A stretch of 64,000 nucleotides of DNA from Schmidtea polychroa (taxonomy: Eukaryota): assembly GCA_044892525.1 (NCBI GenBank), contig CM097887.1, positions 43,214,001 to 43,278,000 on the forward strand, given 5' to 3'. The notes under the pieces were generated by a model. The model was not told where the DNA came from, did no database searches, and was given only the letters and a program-made list of their open reading frames with translations. Below are positions 53,213 through 64,000 of the stretch, one piece after another. The position numbers and the translations under genes are program-made. Numbering within the stretch: the stretch's first letter is position 1; each line of letters opens with the position of its first letter.

Positions 53213-53520
53213 GATTTCGGGAACCTCTTCATTATATTTCCAGGTCACTTACTCTTTTTTTATTTAACAACTCAACGCTTAGAACAACATCAGTGAAATC
53301 AGCTGTTTTATCTATTTATTTAAGAATATAAAAATTAAATTCAGTCAATTTTTTAATAAATACTATGTCAATTGAAAGGAAATCAGAGTTGTGTTGTGCC
53401 TAATAAAAATGTTACCTTATAAAAATACCAAAATAATAATTATTTTTTAAAATATGTATAAAAATAAATCAAAAAATAAAAAGTACTACATTAAAACATT
53501 AATATTCTCCTATAAATCCT

Positions 53521-55269
53521 TTAATTCAAATTATTATTATTTTCTCCACTTCGTCTTAAACTTGGAAGACTGAGTCCATGTATGGTAGTGCTGCTTCTCG
53601 ATATGTTGGCCATTTTTATCATATAATTATATCTAAACTCTCCTAATTGATGAATTTCTTCGCTGGAGAGGTTAGAAATTTCGGGGGTATAATCATTTAT
53701 TAATAAATTAGAATTGGGATTTAGACCAGAATAACCTAAAAACAAACTGACAGGAGCGTCATTAATAGCTCCATGAAATTTAATGTTATATTCATAAATC
53801 ATTCTTTTTAAGATTATAACCCAACATTCCGTATCTCTTTCTTACATAACAGACAAAAGCATTCTTTTTTGAGTAAAGTTAAAACGCTCAACTTGAACCT
53901 GTGATTCAGGGTGATTTGGGGCTCCGAATATTTGTCTAACGTTAAAGCTATTACAAAAAAATGAAATAACTCTGTTTTTGAATTCAGAACCATTATCTGT
54001 GTGTATTTCATTCGGGATAAATCCAGACAAAAATAAATCTTCTAAATGTATAAAGACTTCCAAAGCGGTCTTTGAAGCACAAGGATAAGCCAATGCGAAC
54101 TTAGTAGCACAATCTATCACCGTTAACCCCTTTACCGTCAACTTTCTTTTCTGAAATCGACCCTTAATTGGCGACTTTATTTGCGACTATAAAAAAATAA
54201 TCTATTAATTATTTTTCAAACATCTTTATCAACATTAACGAACAACTAATAACGAATAACCATTAACTAATTAATAACAAATAAAGCAGTTTTTAGTATT
54301 GTTGTAAAGTAATGAGTAGTGGATAACAAGGTACTGAATAAGAAGAACAATTGTTTTGCAAGTTTTTGTATCTTTTGCTCCAACCTTTTGTAAGAATTTT
54401 TTTGTATGACCTGAAATAGACACTAGAAGAGCATAATAATAGTTGTTGTGATGATTTAGCTTATAGCGATGGGGTAATACAGCCTGATTGAGGTTTGAAA
54501 CGTTTTCTGAGATTTCATGGGAAATGTTTTTTGTATAATTTTTTATTTTGTTTAGCCCTGCCATACATTCTTGCCCTCAGCAGGGCTAGAGTTGTAGTAG
54601 AGTGCATGTTATTATGGTTTGATGTTTCTAAATGACCTAGAACGACGTATTCACGTTTAGCCGAGGATACTCGGGTCTACCGTGCTGCAGTACGCTTTCA
54701 AATATATAAAGCGAGTTAACTCGGGTCTACCGGTTATCAGCCGGTTTCGGCTTGACGAGTATCCCCGGGTCTACCGGTAAAGGGGTTAAAATGTACTTAA
54801 ATCCGTCGTTTTGGGTTTCGAAATTCAACATGTAAGTTATGTCCATCTGAAAACGATCCATTTTATTTATTATTATAATTGGTGTAATGGATGATGAGGT
54901 AGTTTCTACTGTTCTTCTGGAACAGATACAACATATATCAAGCACAAGTTTTACGTCTTCTTACTTAATATTATAATATCTGCATTGTAATTCTTTATAA
55001 ATAGCCTCTAGACACCTATGCGAAGCTAAATGGACCTCTTCAACGCATAACATTTTCTTTGGATCATTGTAATCTTTAATATATTCTAACAAAATATTAT
55101 TTTCCATTTGAATAAAAATTATGTTATTTAATATCTTCATTCTAGTTGCTTTTTTAAAAAATAAATTTCGTTGTGATTTTGTATCGAAATCAGGTAAATT
55201 TCCGTTAACCATAAAATTTACATAAGAGTTGTATTCTGCTTCCGTATTTATTTGAATTCTTGCAGGCAT
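53521..55269 (-). pseudogene. Integrase-like transposase (HHCC zinc finger + D,D35E), ~361 aa, disrupted by two in-frame stops and a piggyBac MITE
   Basis: ORFs 54961..55269, 54727..54945, 53842..54141 and 53521..53802 join in one frame once the MITE and one TTAA are removed: HLASH...CCIC; RFQMDIT; KYIL|TVIDCATKF; HTDNGSEF-(35)-VERFN; YN..FH.AI...P..LFLG. Confidence 0.9.
54127..54785 (-). mobile_element. piggyBac-type non-autonomous element, family PB-a copy 3 (659 bp)
   Basis: TTAA flanks; TIR CCCCTTTACCG; extra ~50 bp between TCGGGTCTACC direct repeats. Confidence 0.95.
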
Positions 55270-55491
55270 TAGAATTATAAAAAATATATTATATCTTTAA
55301 AATCAATTTATAATTTATATTAAAAAATTATAATTATTTTGGTATTTTTATTAGGCAACATTTTTATTAGGCACCACTAAAGAAATCAGAGTTGAAAATT
55401 AAAAAAAGTTCTTATAGTATGAAAATTAAAAGAATTTAACTACATTCAAAAAGAGTATATTTTGTTTGAAGAACGACATAATAAAAATATA

Positions 55492-55728
55492 CTCCCTCTG
55501 TCCAAAAATGATAGTCCAGTTTGACTTTAAATCGTAATTTCTTTTATACGTAACAGTGATACTTAAAATGCAGTTTTGTTATTTGTTCAATCAATAAAAT
55601 AAAATTATTTAATGTGCTTTCACTGTAAAAGGTTTTAGAAAACCGTACAATTTTTTTATATTCTCTAATGACAATCATTTTGGGAAAAAGGCTAAAATGC
55701 AACTGGACTATCATTTTTGGACAGGGAG
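55492..55728. mobile_element. Tc1/mariner MITE with Stowaway-like termini (237 bp)
   Basis: TA TSD; ~30-bp TIR CTCCCT(C)TGTCCAAAAATGATAGTCCAGTT. Confidence 0.88.
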
Positions 55729-56553
55729 TATGTATTAGCTACTAATTGAATTTAAAACGGGCTATTTAAACGTTTAAATGAAACTTAGGGTTTCACTTTT
55801 TAATGTGATAAAGACAAGAAAACATTTTGTGTTCTCCAAGAAATGGATCGAGTATGAAGATATTTTTGATTTTCATTTAAATTTGAAATATCTCCCATTT
55901 ATGAAATATAGTTTATCCGGTTTTCTATAGTTAAGTTTAACTTAATAATTTGAATATTTGCTTAATAATCATTGTGAAATAACTAGTTTTAATATTTTGC
56001 TTGCTTTCCATGTGTGGGTTTGTGGCTGCTGGCATAATTTCATCTCCTTGACAATTGACATTCTATAATTACCTGATCGTCACTTGATCGCTTGAATTTC
56101 AACGATCACAACCTCAATCAAAACACGATTTCGACAAGTAACGTTGGTTTTGAGTAGTCTGGATAAAAGTTCAGGATTCCTCTGGTTCAGTATGTCGATA
56201 CAAGGCACTTTACTGTTATCCATTAAGGTTGCCCCTCATAATCATCACACTTTTTCAAAACTCTGTAAAATTTAAAGCACTAATCATTCAAAAATCTAGT
56301 TTGATTGTGGATAATAAGACGAAGATTTAGTTTACTTAATTTTTTAAAAATTTACATAGTTTTTTTCTAATTGGGATATATCATAGTCCCTTACTGTGAA
56401 TGAAATAGTTCCTTCTTCATTTATTACTTTTACACTATTAATTTTGATCGAATTCTATTGTAATATTGAAAAGGCTTACAATTGGAAAAATTTTCAAGAT
56501 GCATTGCTAGAATAATTTATACTTCTGTACAAGAATGGAAAATACCGTTAGAT

Positions 56554-56918
56554 CAGAGATGAGCAACCTGCGGCCCGCTGTTTTTTTGTATATATTAAAA
56601 ATAGTGATTTAATAATAAATAAATTTAATTGTAATTTTTAATAATTGGTTCATAATAAATACTTTAAAGCTTGTTTTTTTACTATCTTAAATTTTCAGAG
56701 TTTACTTTATTTTTACAATTTAGTTATATGTAAATATATGTAAATATTTATATATATTTATAATAAGAAGAGGCATAAATAAGAATTTAAAAAACGAAAA
56801 TCTATCAAATGACGATCATTTTTTCTAAAATATCTTATATAAATTACTTAGATTCTAATATGTGGATATATTATTTTATATGTGGCCCACGCAAGATCAT
56901 TTGGGTTGACCACCCCTG
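56554..56918. mobile_element. hAT/Buster MITE (365 bp)
   Basis: Ends CAGAGATGAGCAACC...GGTTGACCACCCCTG; TSD cgttagat/tgttagat. Confidence 0.85.
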
Positions 56919-57000
56919 TGTTAGATTAAAGGCGTGTTGTAGTTTTATAGTCATTTTTAAACCTCAACAGATGTTTCAAACAGACAGGGAAATCCTAAAT

Positions 57001-57342
57001 CAGTAGGAATCAATGTTCCGCGAAAAAAATGACATTTTATATTTAAATTTGGATTTAAGATACATATCATCAAAAACCTCAATTAACTTTTTTTATAAGA
57101 TGATTCAATAAGAAAGCCGTTACACAGATATATAAACATACAAATATAAGTGTTTTTATTGCTTGTAATTGTTGCGCATGGTATTTTCTTTGCTTATAAG
57201 AAGGCATTGTTTACATTTATGACAGATTTATAGTAATTTGTGATTGGTCACTCATTGTGGGCAAGTATTTTTTTGTCAGTGTTCCGCGTAAAAAAATCAT
57301 GTGAATGGTGTTCCGCGCTTTTATATTAATTTAGAACCACTG
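57001..57342. mobile_element. hAT/Buster MITE (342 bp)
   Basis: Ends CAGTAGG...CCACTG; perfect TSD TCCTAAAT; GTTCCGCG subterminal motif. Confidence 0.85.
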
Positions 57343-58654
57343 TCCTAAATTATCCAAATATTTTTCATTAATCATTTCTTTATAATTAATTTTGTTGTAA
57401 AAGTAATATTAAAATGGAACGAAACGTTATATTTTAAAAATCCAAAATATCATTTATTCTATTATAGACAATGATAGGATTTTGTCGAGCTGCTAAATCA
57501 CTTGCAAATAATATTCTTCTTGAAATGGAATCTTCTGATGATGATACTGATAGTGACATAACTATTCCTCAAGGTAACACAAATGAGGAAAATGATAGTA
57601 ACATGGATATGAAGATGTAATTGTGAATATACCTGATGAGTCTTAACTTGAAAGTTGTTTCATTACCAGAATGTATTCACCCTGCTGCTCCAAATCAACT
57701 TATTCAAATTTCCCATAGTTTTTTCGCGATATTATCTGCAGTTATTGAACACATTAGAGTAAACTATACGTATCTTAAGAAGTAACCAATTATTCGAAAA
57801 ATAAATCGTTTTCCTTTTTTGTTTCGGGATATGATATATATCATTACCTATAATTTCTAATGTTTCTAATGCTATGATTAATTGTAATTTCTGTCTTGTT
57901 AACTGACACGGCTTACACTTTTGAATTAGTTCCGTTGCATCTTTTGTGGAATTAGGCCGCTTATTTTATCCCAATGTGTTTTATTTTTGCATGTATCGTT
58001 TGAACGAAATACTAATTTGATATATTTTGAAACGACATACTGATAAAGATTTACCTTAGAATAATGTAATTATATCAAAATTATTCCTACCTTGTAGTAA
58101 ATACTGTCTTTTCTTTGATAGAATCTTCTAATTCTTATTGAAAATATTTTGCACCTTTGTCTGCACCAAGCATAAGAAAAAACTTGACACCGTGAACTAT
58201 ATTTAATTAATTTTTAATACATCAATTAAAACAAATCTTGAATTATTTAGCATTTATTCATTAAAGTTTTTCTTCACTAGAAATCAATTAATTTCTTAAA
58301 TATTCATGGAATTGTCTTTGTAATTACCAGACGGCCCGTATCTCTAAAAATAAAAATTTCAAATTAAAAAAATGAAAGAAATATGAATTAATTTTAACAT
58401 AATTAGGATTTGTTAGTCTTAAATAAATAACTAAATAAATGTGTTAAGGATATTTATAACAATCAATTACTAAGCTAAACTTTACTTAAAAATTTTTCTT
58501 AATTTTTAATATCAATTTAAAAATGATAAATACATTTTAAATCCACGGATAATGGAAATTATGTCGATTATTAAAATACTAAGTTTGTTTAAATATTCGA
58601 TATTTAATTTGAATTTAAATAAAGATTATAATTTTAATGAATATTGAAAACAAC

Positions 58655-59359
58655 CAGAGCCGTAGCTAGGGGGTGGCGAATGGAGCGACCGCCCGGGCGC
58701 CGAGTCGAAGGGCGCCAAAACTGTGAAATGATCATTTAAAGTTTTTTTGCTTTTCTTTTTTTCATATTGAATTTTTATATTCTGCTTTCCATGTTTACTG
58801 TTAACAAAAGTTAGACTAAAACAAAACTGTTTTGCTGGTCTATCTAAAGGATTTTGCAAACGGGCGACAAAATCCGAAGGTGGCTGATCATGAAAACAGT
58901 TTTGAGCATAGAAAATGCTAATTAGCCTGGAAAGATCTTGAAAATCATTTGAAAGAAGGAAGGACAATTGATGATAATCTTTAATTTAATTTATTTTTAA
59001 TTTCTTTTATTTAGAATTTAATTTTAAATGTTAAAGTTGATCACTTGATCTTCTCAAATATATTATAATAGTAACCTTAATAGGAACTTAATGATCAAAA
59101 CTCTGAACTTAGGTTTAATAAATACGGATTAATGTATATTAATGTATATACACATGTATAATAAATATTTATAATTAATTGATTTTCGTTATAATATAAG
59201 TTTGGTTAAGCATTGTATAGCTTTGCATCTTAATTTGACTCTTCAAGACCAATTCCATTCTTGTAAGTACATAATTAATGGGAGTGGTGAATTCTTTTGG
59301 CACCAGGGGCGCCAAATTTCAATCTCGCCCGGGCGCCATTTTCCCTAGCTACGGCTCTG
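58655..59359 (+). mobile_element. hAT deletion derivative (ZMYM1-like group), copy 2
   Basis: TIR CAGAGCCGTAGCTAG; perfect TSD AAAACAAC; homologous (inverted) to 9866-10493. Confidence 0.93.
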
Positions 59360-59649
59360 AAAACAACTAATTGATTTATTCGTTTTAAAATTTAAGTGAT
59401 TTTTCTATTTCATTTTTTCCTTCTTTTACTGAAAATAAAAGACAAGCAACTACACACTTAAAAATGGGATTAAAAGATACAAAATTAAATAAATAAATTG
59501 TAAATTAGCTATTTAAATTAGAAATGATGGGCTTGAGCATGTTTTTTAAATGTAGAATAGCATGTAAAATATATTATTTAAAAAAACTATTTTTATTTAA
59601 TTTTACTGGCCCTTTATTTAATTTAATTATGTTGATACATAATGTTTTT

Positions 59650-60000
59650 TATCTGGACAATTCCTACTGATATGTCCGCTTCTGTGACATGTCCAGCACT
59701 CTATCTTACTTCTTACTGGACATTCTATTTTCGTGTGGTCTATTTTGTGGCATAGCCATCACTCTGGTTTTTCTCGTCGCCTGAATTCTTTTCTTTCATC
59801 TTTCTGCTTGTACTGTCCTCTTCTCTGTGGATCCTGATAGACCATTATTGCATAACTTTTCATAGCGTTGATCTGATCTCTCTGCCTGTCCACTTTATCC
59901 ATCAGAATTAATGTTTCCTTTATCTCCGCTGTGCTTTTTATGTTCCCCAATATTACTTTTTTCTCAACTTCTTTATTCTCAGCACATACTATCAACATAA
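59650..60000 (-). pseudogene. Ty3/Gypsy gag fragment with two CCHC zinc knuckles
   Basis: ORF 59759..59998, then *WLCHKIDHTKIEC and CWTCHRSGHISRNC. Confidence 0.8.
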
Positions 60001-60694
60001 TTCTATCAACCTGACTGGTCTAGCTAATATTGATGCAAAACTGACACCAGTTCAATTTTTCTTAGCTAGTTTTCGATTCTAGGAAAATTTGGAGCAGAAA
60101 ATTAGCATAAAAATGAAATTAATTGAATATCAGCCTTTGTTTTCTTAGGTAATTAGTATTAAAACAAAATATAACTATAAAAACAATTTTTAAAATCACA
60201 CAACCATAAAAATTGATTTATACGGGAAATGCTTATTTATGGAAATTTATTTATTGAATTCTTATTAGATTCGACAGCACAAATTTGAACAAACTTTGCA
60301 AAAATACATGAAAGATAAATAAAAAACAGGAAATGATCTCTAACACAAAAACCCATGAGTAAGAGAACAAGTATACATCTGGTTAGAAAACACCGGGCAC
60401 CCCAGAGGGTGGCATCAGCTAGAGCGTGCGATACCTAAAAATTACTACGTTTTTCATAATAATAAAACAATGATGCTGTTATATGGTTAAATAAAAATGT
60501 TTGATAATTAATTAGTAATTAATAAAAATCAGTTTCATGTTACTATTTGTCCTCCGAAATTCCCTCACTGCATTATTTATTTACCCTTTATTCCATACGA
60601 CATAAACTTTATCGGTAGTTTAAATGAAAATAAACGAAATGTTAAAATATTTTATTAAATTGTAGATAACAATAATATTTATTTAATTATTTAC

Positions 60695-60812
60695 CTTGGT
60701 AAAAAAATTATTTCTCGATCTGAATATTACCGGCATCGTATGTATATTGGGGGGGATACGGCCATACTCATGGTTTGTAGTCCTATACATCGGGTTAGTG
60801 ATTGGCAATCTG
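60695..60812 (-). CDS. Isolated exon resembling PIERCE1/PIERCE2 (ciliary microtubule inner protein, DUF4490)
   Basis: gattatag|...|gtaaat; RLPITNPMYRTTNHEYGRIPPNIHTMPVIFRSRNNFFTK resembles PIERCE1 [22 protein letters not shown] as recalled. Flanking exons not found. Confidence 0.55.
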
Positions 60813-62024
60813 CTATAATCTTTTTCTAATAAATATTTTAATTAATATTAAAATATATTATAATTTAATTATCCATTGCTAAGAAATTTCTCATCTTGCT
60901 AAGTTTCATCGGCTGTTTTACATTATTTTATTGAGTTTTTGGAAATTTTTTTAAAAAATTATTTAATATTTATTATTAAAAATAATTATTTTACTTAATT
61001 TCTTAATTGCATTCTAAATTGGTAATTCTCGCTCATAAACGCAATCTCAAATTACGGTTCAAATGTACAAATCTGTTATTATTATTATTGGGACAAAATC
61101 CTGATGGAACGATTTAATAGTTAGTTCAGACCCGGCCACAGATATAAGCGCTCTAAGCAGCGTGTCACAACCGATATCAGATTCACGGGAAGTTCATAAA
61201 TAATCCCATTGTAATATGATTTCAATTCTCGCTGACTTTCTTTTACCCTGATACATATGGTTTTACACCGTTTGTACGAATATACAATGCTTCACTTTCA
61301 ATAGGGATGCTACCCATTACCCACGCCATCTATTAATAATGACAATATTGTTATGTGTATGCTATTTTTATGCGACAATTACGTGACATTATTGTAAATT
61401 TGTCATCCATGGTACTCATACCGTATGTATGATCAAATCCTAAATCCATAATATTGTTAGGAGAATATTGTTTACCATATAATAACGGAGACCCTAAATA
61501 CATGTAGTTCCTAGATCATGGTCTAAAAGGCCTACTAGTTAATCCGGCACTGATCGAAACCATCATATCATGTAATCAACACATAGATTTTAAGGGTGAC
61601 CCAACAAAACAGTCGAAGACAGATTCGCCCCAACAAATTATTTTCTTAAAATCAATATTCACAATGCCTGCTGCTTTGTTCGACTTTCTCATCCAAATTC
61701 ACTAATCAAAATTTTGATGGGCTGTTTTCTTTTAGCTTATTTATCGGTTCTTATTTAATTGAGGTGTTTTATCAGGATTGTTTATTCTTGGACAATTTTG
61801 TCGGGTGTAGTCTTCAGAAACCACTGGCCTGGGCAATAAAATTACAAATAAAAGATAAAAACTTTCTAGTTTTTCTAATTTTGTTATATAGCTTAAATTT
61901 AAACGTAAAAAAGAAAAATTTTGAATACGTAATATTATTCAAGAGAAACATAGATATTAATAAAAGAAAGTGCAAGATATTTATAAATATTTGTGGAAAA
62001 TTGAATATCAAAAAATAAAGTTTT

Positions 62025-63920
62025 TTTTTGTTGCGTGTTTCTAATTTTACTAACACATCTTCTACGTCAAATTTCCTCCTTGTTTGTTCTTCTTGTTCTT
62101 CCTTTACCTGTTTTTCTTTTGACCCGTACCATTTCTCCCTACTAATCTTTTTTCCAAAAACTATCTCTGCCGGGCTTATTCCGGTCGTTTTTTGTTTGGT
62201 TGCATTTAATGTAAATTCGACTTCTGGTAGTATCTCTGCCCAATCCGTCTTCCTTCTGTCTCGTAAAGTAGCATTTATCAGCTCTCGTATTGTCCTGAAT
62301 TGCCTTTCTATCTGTCCATTTGTTTGGTGATGGTATGGACTCGAAAAACATAACTTAATATCAAGTTTTCTTGTGAATTCTCTCAACATTCCTGATTCCA
62401 ACGCCTTCCCACAATCAACTCTTATCTCTTTTGGGCACCCATATCTTAAAATCCATTTTTCTAAAATCCTTTTCTTTATTGTTTCTTCGTCTTGCCTTGT
62501 TATAGCTGCCAGGACTTGATACTTACTATACTGGTCTATTATACCCAATATATACTTCTTACGTCGTTTTGTTTCTTGCATTGGCCCACATATATCCACG
62601 AATATAATTTCGAACATTTCGGTTGATTCTAGTTTTTTTTACTGGTTCCTTCGTTGTAATTGTTATAGCCTTGGTTTTTTGACAAGTCTCACAACTTCGA
62701 ATACTTTCCTGAATCTGACTCCACAGGTTTTTCCCAATATATCTATCTTTCATATAATCAGCTATCTTCTCGACTCCAGCATGACATAATAGCCTTTATG
62801 GTTTCTTGTATCTCGTTTTCAGGTATCATCGTTTTCTTTCGTAATTTTTCTTCCAAATTTATTCGTTGATTAGTGCTTCGACCTTCTCTGATCGAGTCTA
62901 GTAATCTAGATTTTATCTTTCCTTTCTTAGCTTTTTTGTGAGCCATTTGACATTGAACACACGTTTCACATTTAGTTCTGGACACCATGTCTGCATTTTG
63001 GTGATTAACACCTTTTCTATATTCAACTATTATATCCAAACTGCTCAAATAATTGATCCAGGTTTGGAATTGTGAAGTAATTGGCTTCTTGGTTGTCATC
63101 ATAGAAGTGATCGCCTTGTGGTCTGTCCTTAGCGTGAATCTTCTTCCGTAGAGATAGTGCTTAAAATAAATACAAAAATAGTATACCGCCAATAGTTCCT
63201 TCCTTGTAATGCAATATCATTTTTCATGGTTCGTCATCGAGTGTGATCCATAAGCAATTACTCTCTCCTTTCCATCTTTATCTCTTTGCGAAAGCACTGC
63301 TCCAATGGTATCAAAACTGGCATCAGTATCTAAAATGAACTCCTTTCTCAGATCCGGAGAGCATAGTGTTGGTGCCGTTGTGAGTGCTAACTTCATTCCC
63401 TCGAATACGTTATTCGTTCCTTCAGTCCATTCCAGTTTTTTGTTACTCAGACCGCTACATAATTGTTCTAACATCCTTGCTTTCATTGCATACTCACTGA
63501 TGAATCTTCTATAATAATTGCAAATTCCTAGAAAGCTTCGAAGTTTCTTTATGCAATTTGGCTTACCAAAGTTTTGCATAGCCTGAATCTTAGAAGAATC
63601 GGTTTTTACTCCTTCTTTACTGATTATGTGTCCTAAGAATCTGATTTCTTTCTTTATTATTTGACACTTTTCTGGGTTAATCTTTAGTCCTGCTTCATCG
63701 ATCGCTTTTAATACTACACTGAGTATTGTATGATGTTTTTCTTTACTATTCGAATAAATCAGAATGTCATCCACATAGACCATTGCCTATTACCTTTGTC
63801 ATCATTTCCTGGAACGTACCTGGTGCTGCAGCAATTCCGAACGGCATGAAACAGTATTGCCCTTTCTTTGTTGAGAATGCTGTTTTCTCTTGCGATTCTT
63901 CGTCTAACTGCACTAACTAT
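62025..63920 (-). mobile_element. Decayed Ty3/Gypsy pol (RT-RNaseH-integrase)
   Basis: KTAFST..GQY..MPFG; VYVDDILIYS; LDTDASFDTIGAVLSQ; RTDHKA; H...H...CETC; FVDICGP...VDCGK...NGQIERQFR. The domain order RT-RH-IN indicates Gypsy. Stops and frameshifts present; no LTR recognised. Confidence 0.95.
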
Positions 63921-64000
63921 GGAAATTCAATAAAGACTTTGATTTTTCGTTCAGTTATCATGCATAGTACAAGTTATTGTATTATCTGAAATGTTATTGA

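Larger units (their letters stand above)
53392..55378 (-). mobile_element. TIR DNA transposon encoding a retroviral-type integrase (Ginger / KRBA2-SCAND3-like), with ~16-bp target duplication
   Basis: About 58-bp TIR (TGTTGTGCCTAATAAAAATGTT.../AGTGGTGCCTAATAAAAATGTT..., 6 mismatches); flanks aaggaaatcagagttg / aaagaaatcagagttg; no LTR, gag or RT; about 1.3 kb after removing the nested PB-a copy. Confidence 0.85.

Overview
This is very AT-rich eukaryotic (animal) genomic DNA with short GT-AG introns of about 40-66 bp. It is consistent with a triclad planarian, but that is inference only. No prokaryotic features, rRNA, tRNA or CRISPR arrays were seen. The main host content is two tandem, same-strand (minus) multi-exon paralogues. 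Their 5' exons encode a TASOR/TEX15-type DUF3715 pseudo-PARP domain (gene A about 12024-30278, gene B about 36699-48941). The window also holds the 3' end of a plus-strand single-pass membrane protein gene (probable MAM domain, possibly LDLa) and an orphan PIERCE1-like exon. Much of the rest is DNA transposons, many with clear TIRs and TSDs: one nearly intact hAT, many hAT/Buster, piggyBac, Tigger/pogo and Tc1/mariner derivatives, and decayed Ty3/Gypsy gag and pol. Three observations stand out: (1) the duplicated TASOR-like genes; (2) a 240-bp TTAA/piggyBac-type element that is almost entirely a captured TRAF MATH-domain coding fragment; (3) a TIR transposon with a retroviral-type D,D35E integrase and an unusually long (~16 bp) target duplication, with an apparent empty-site copy in the same window. 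All family calls come from motif recognition by eye; no database searches were run.
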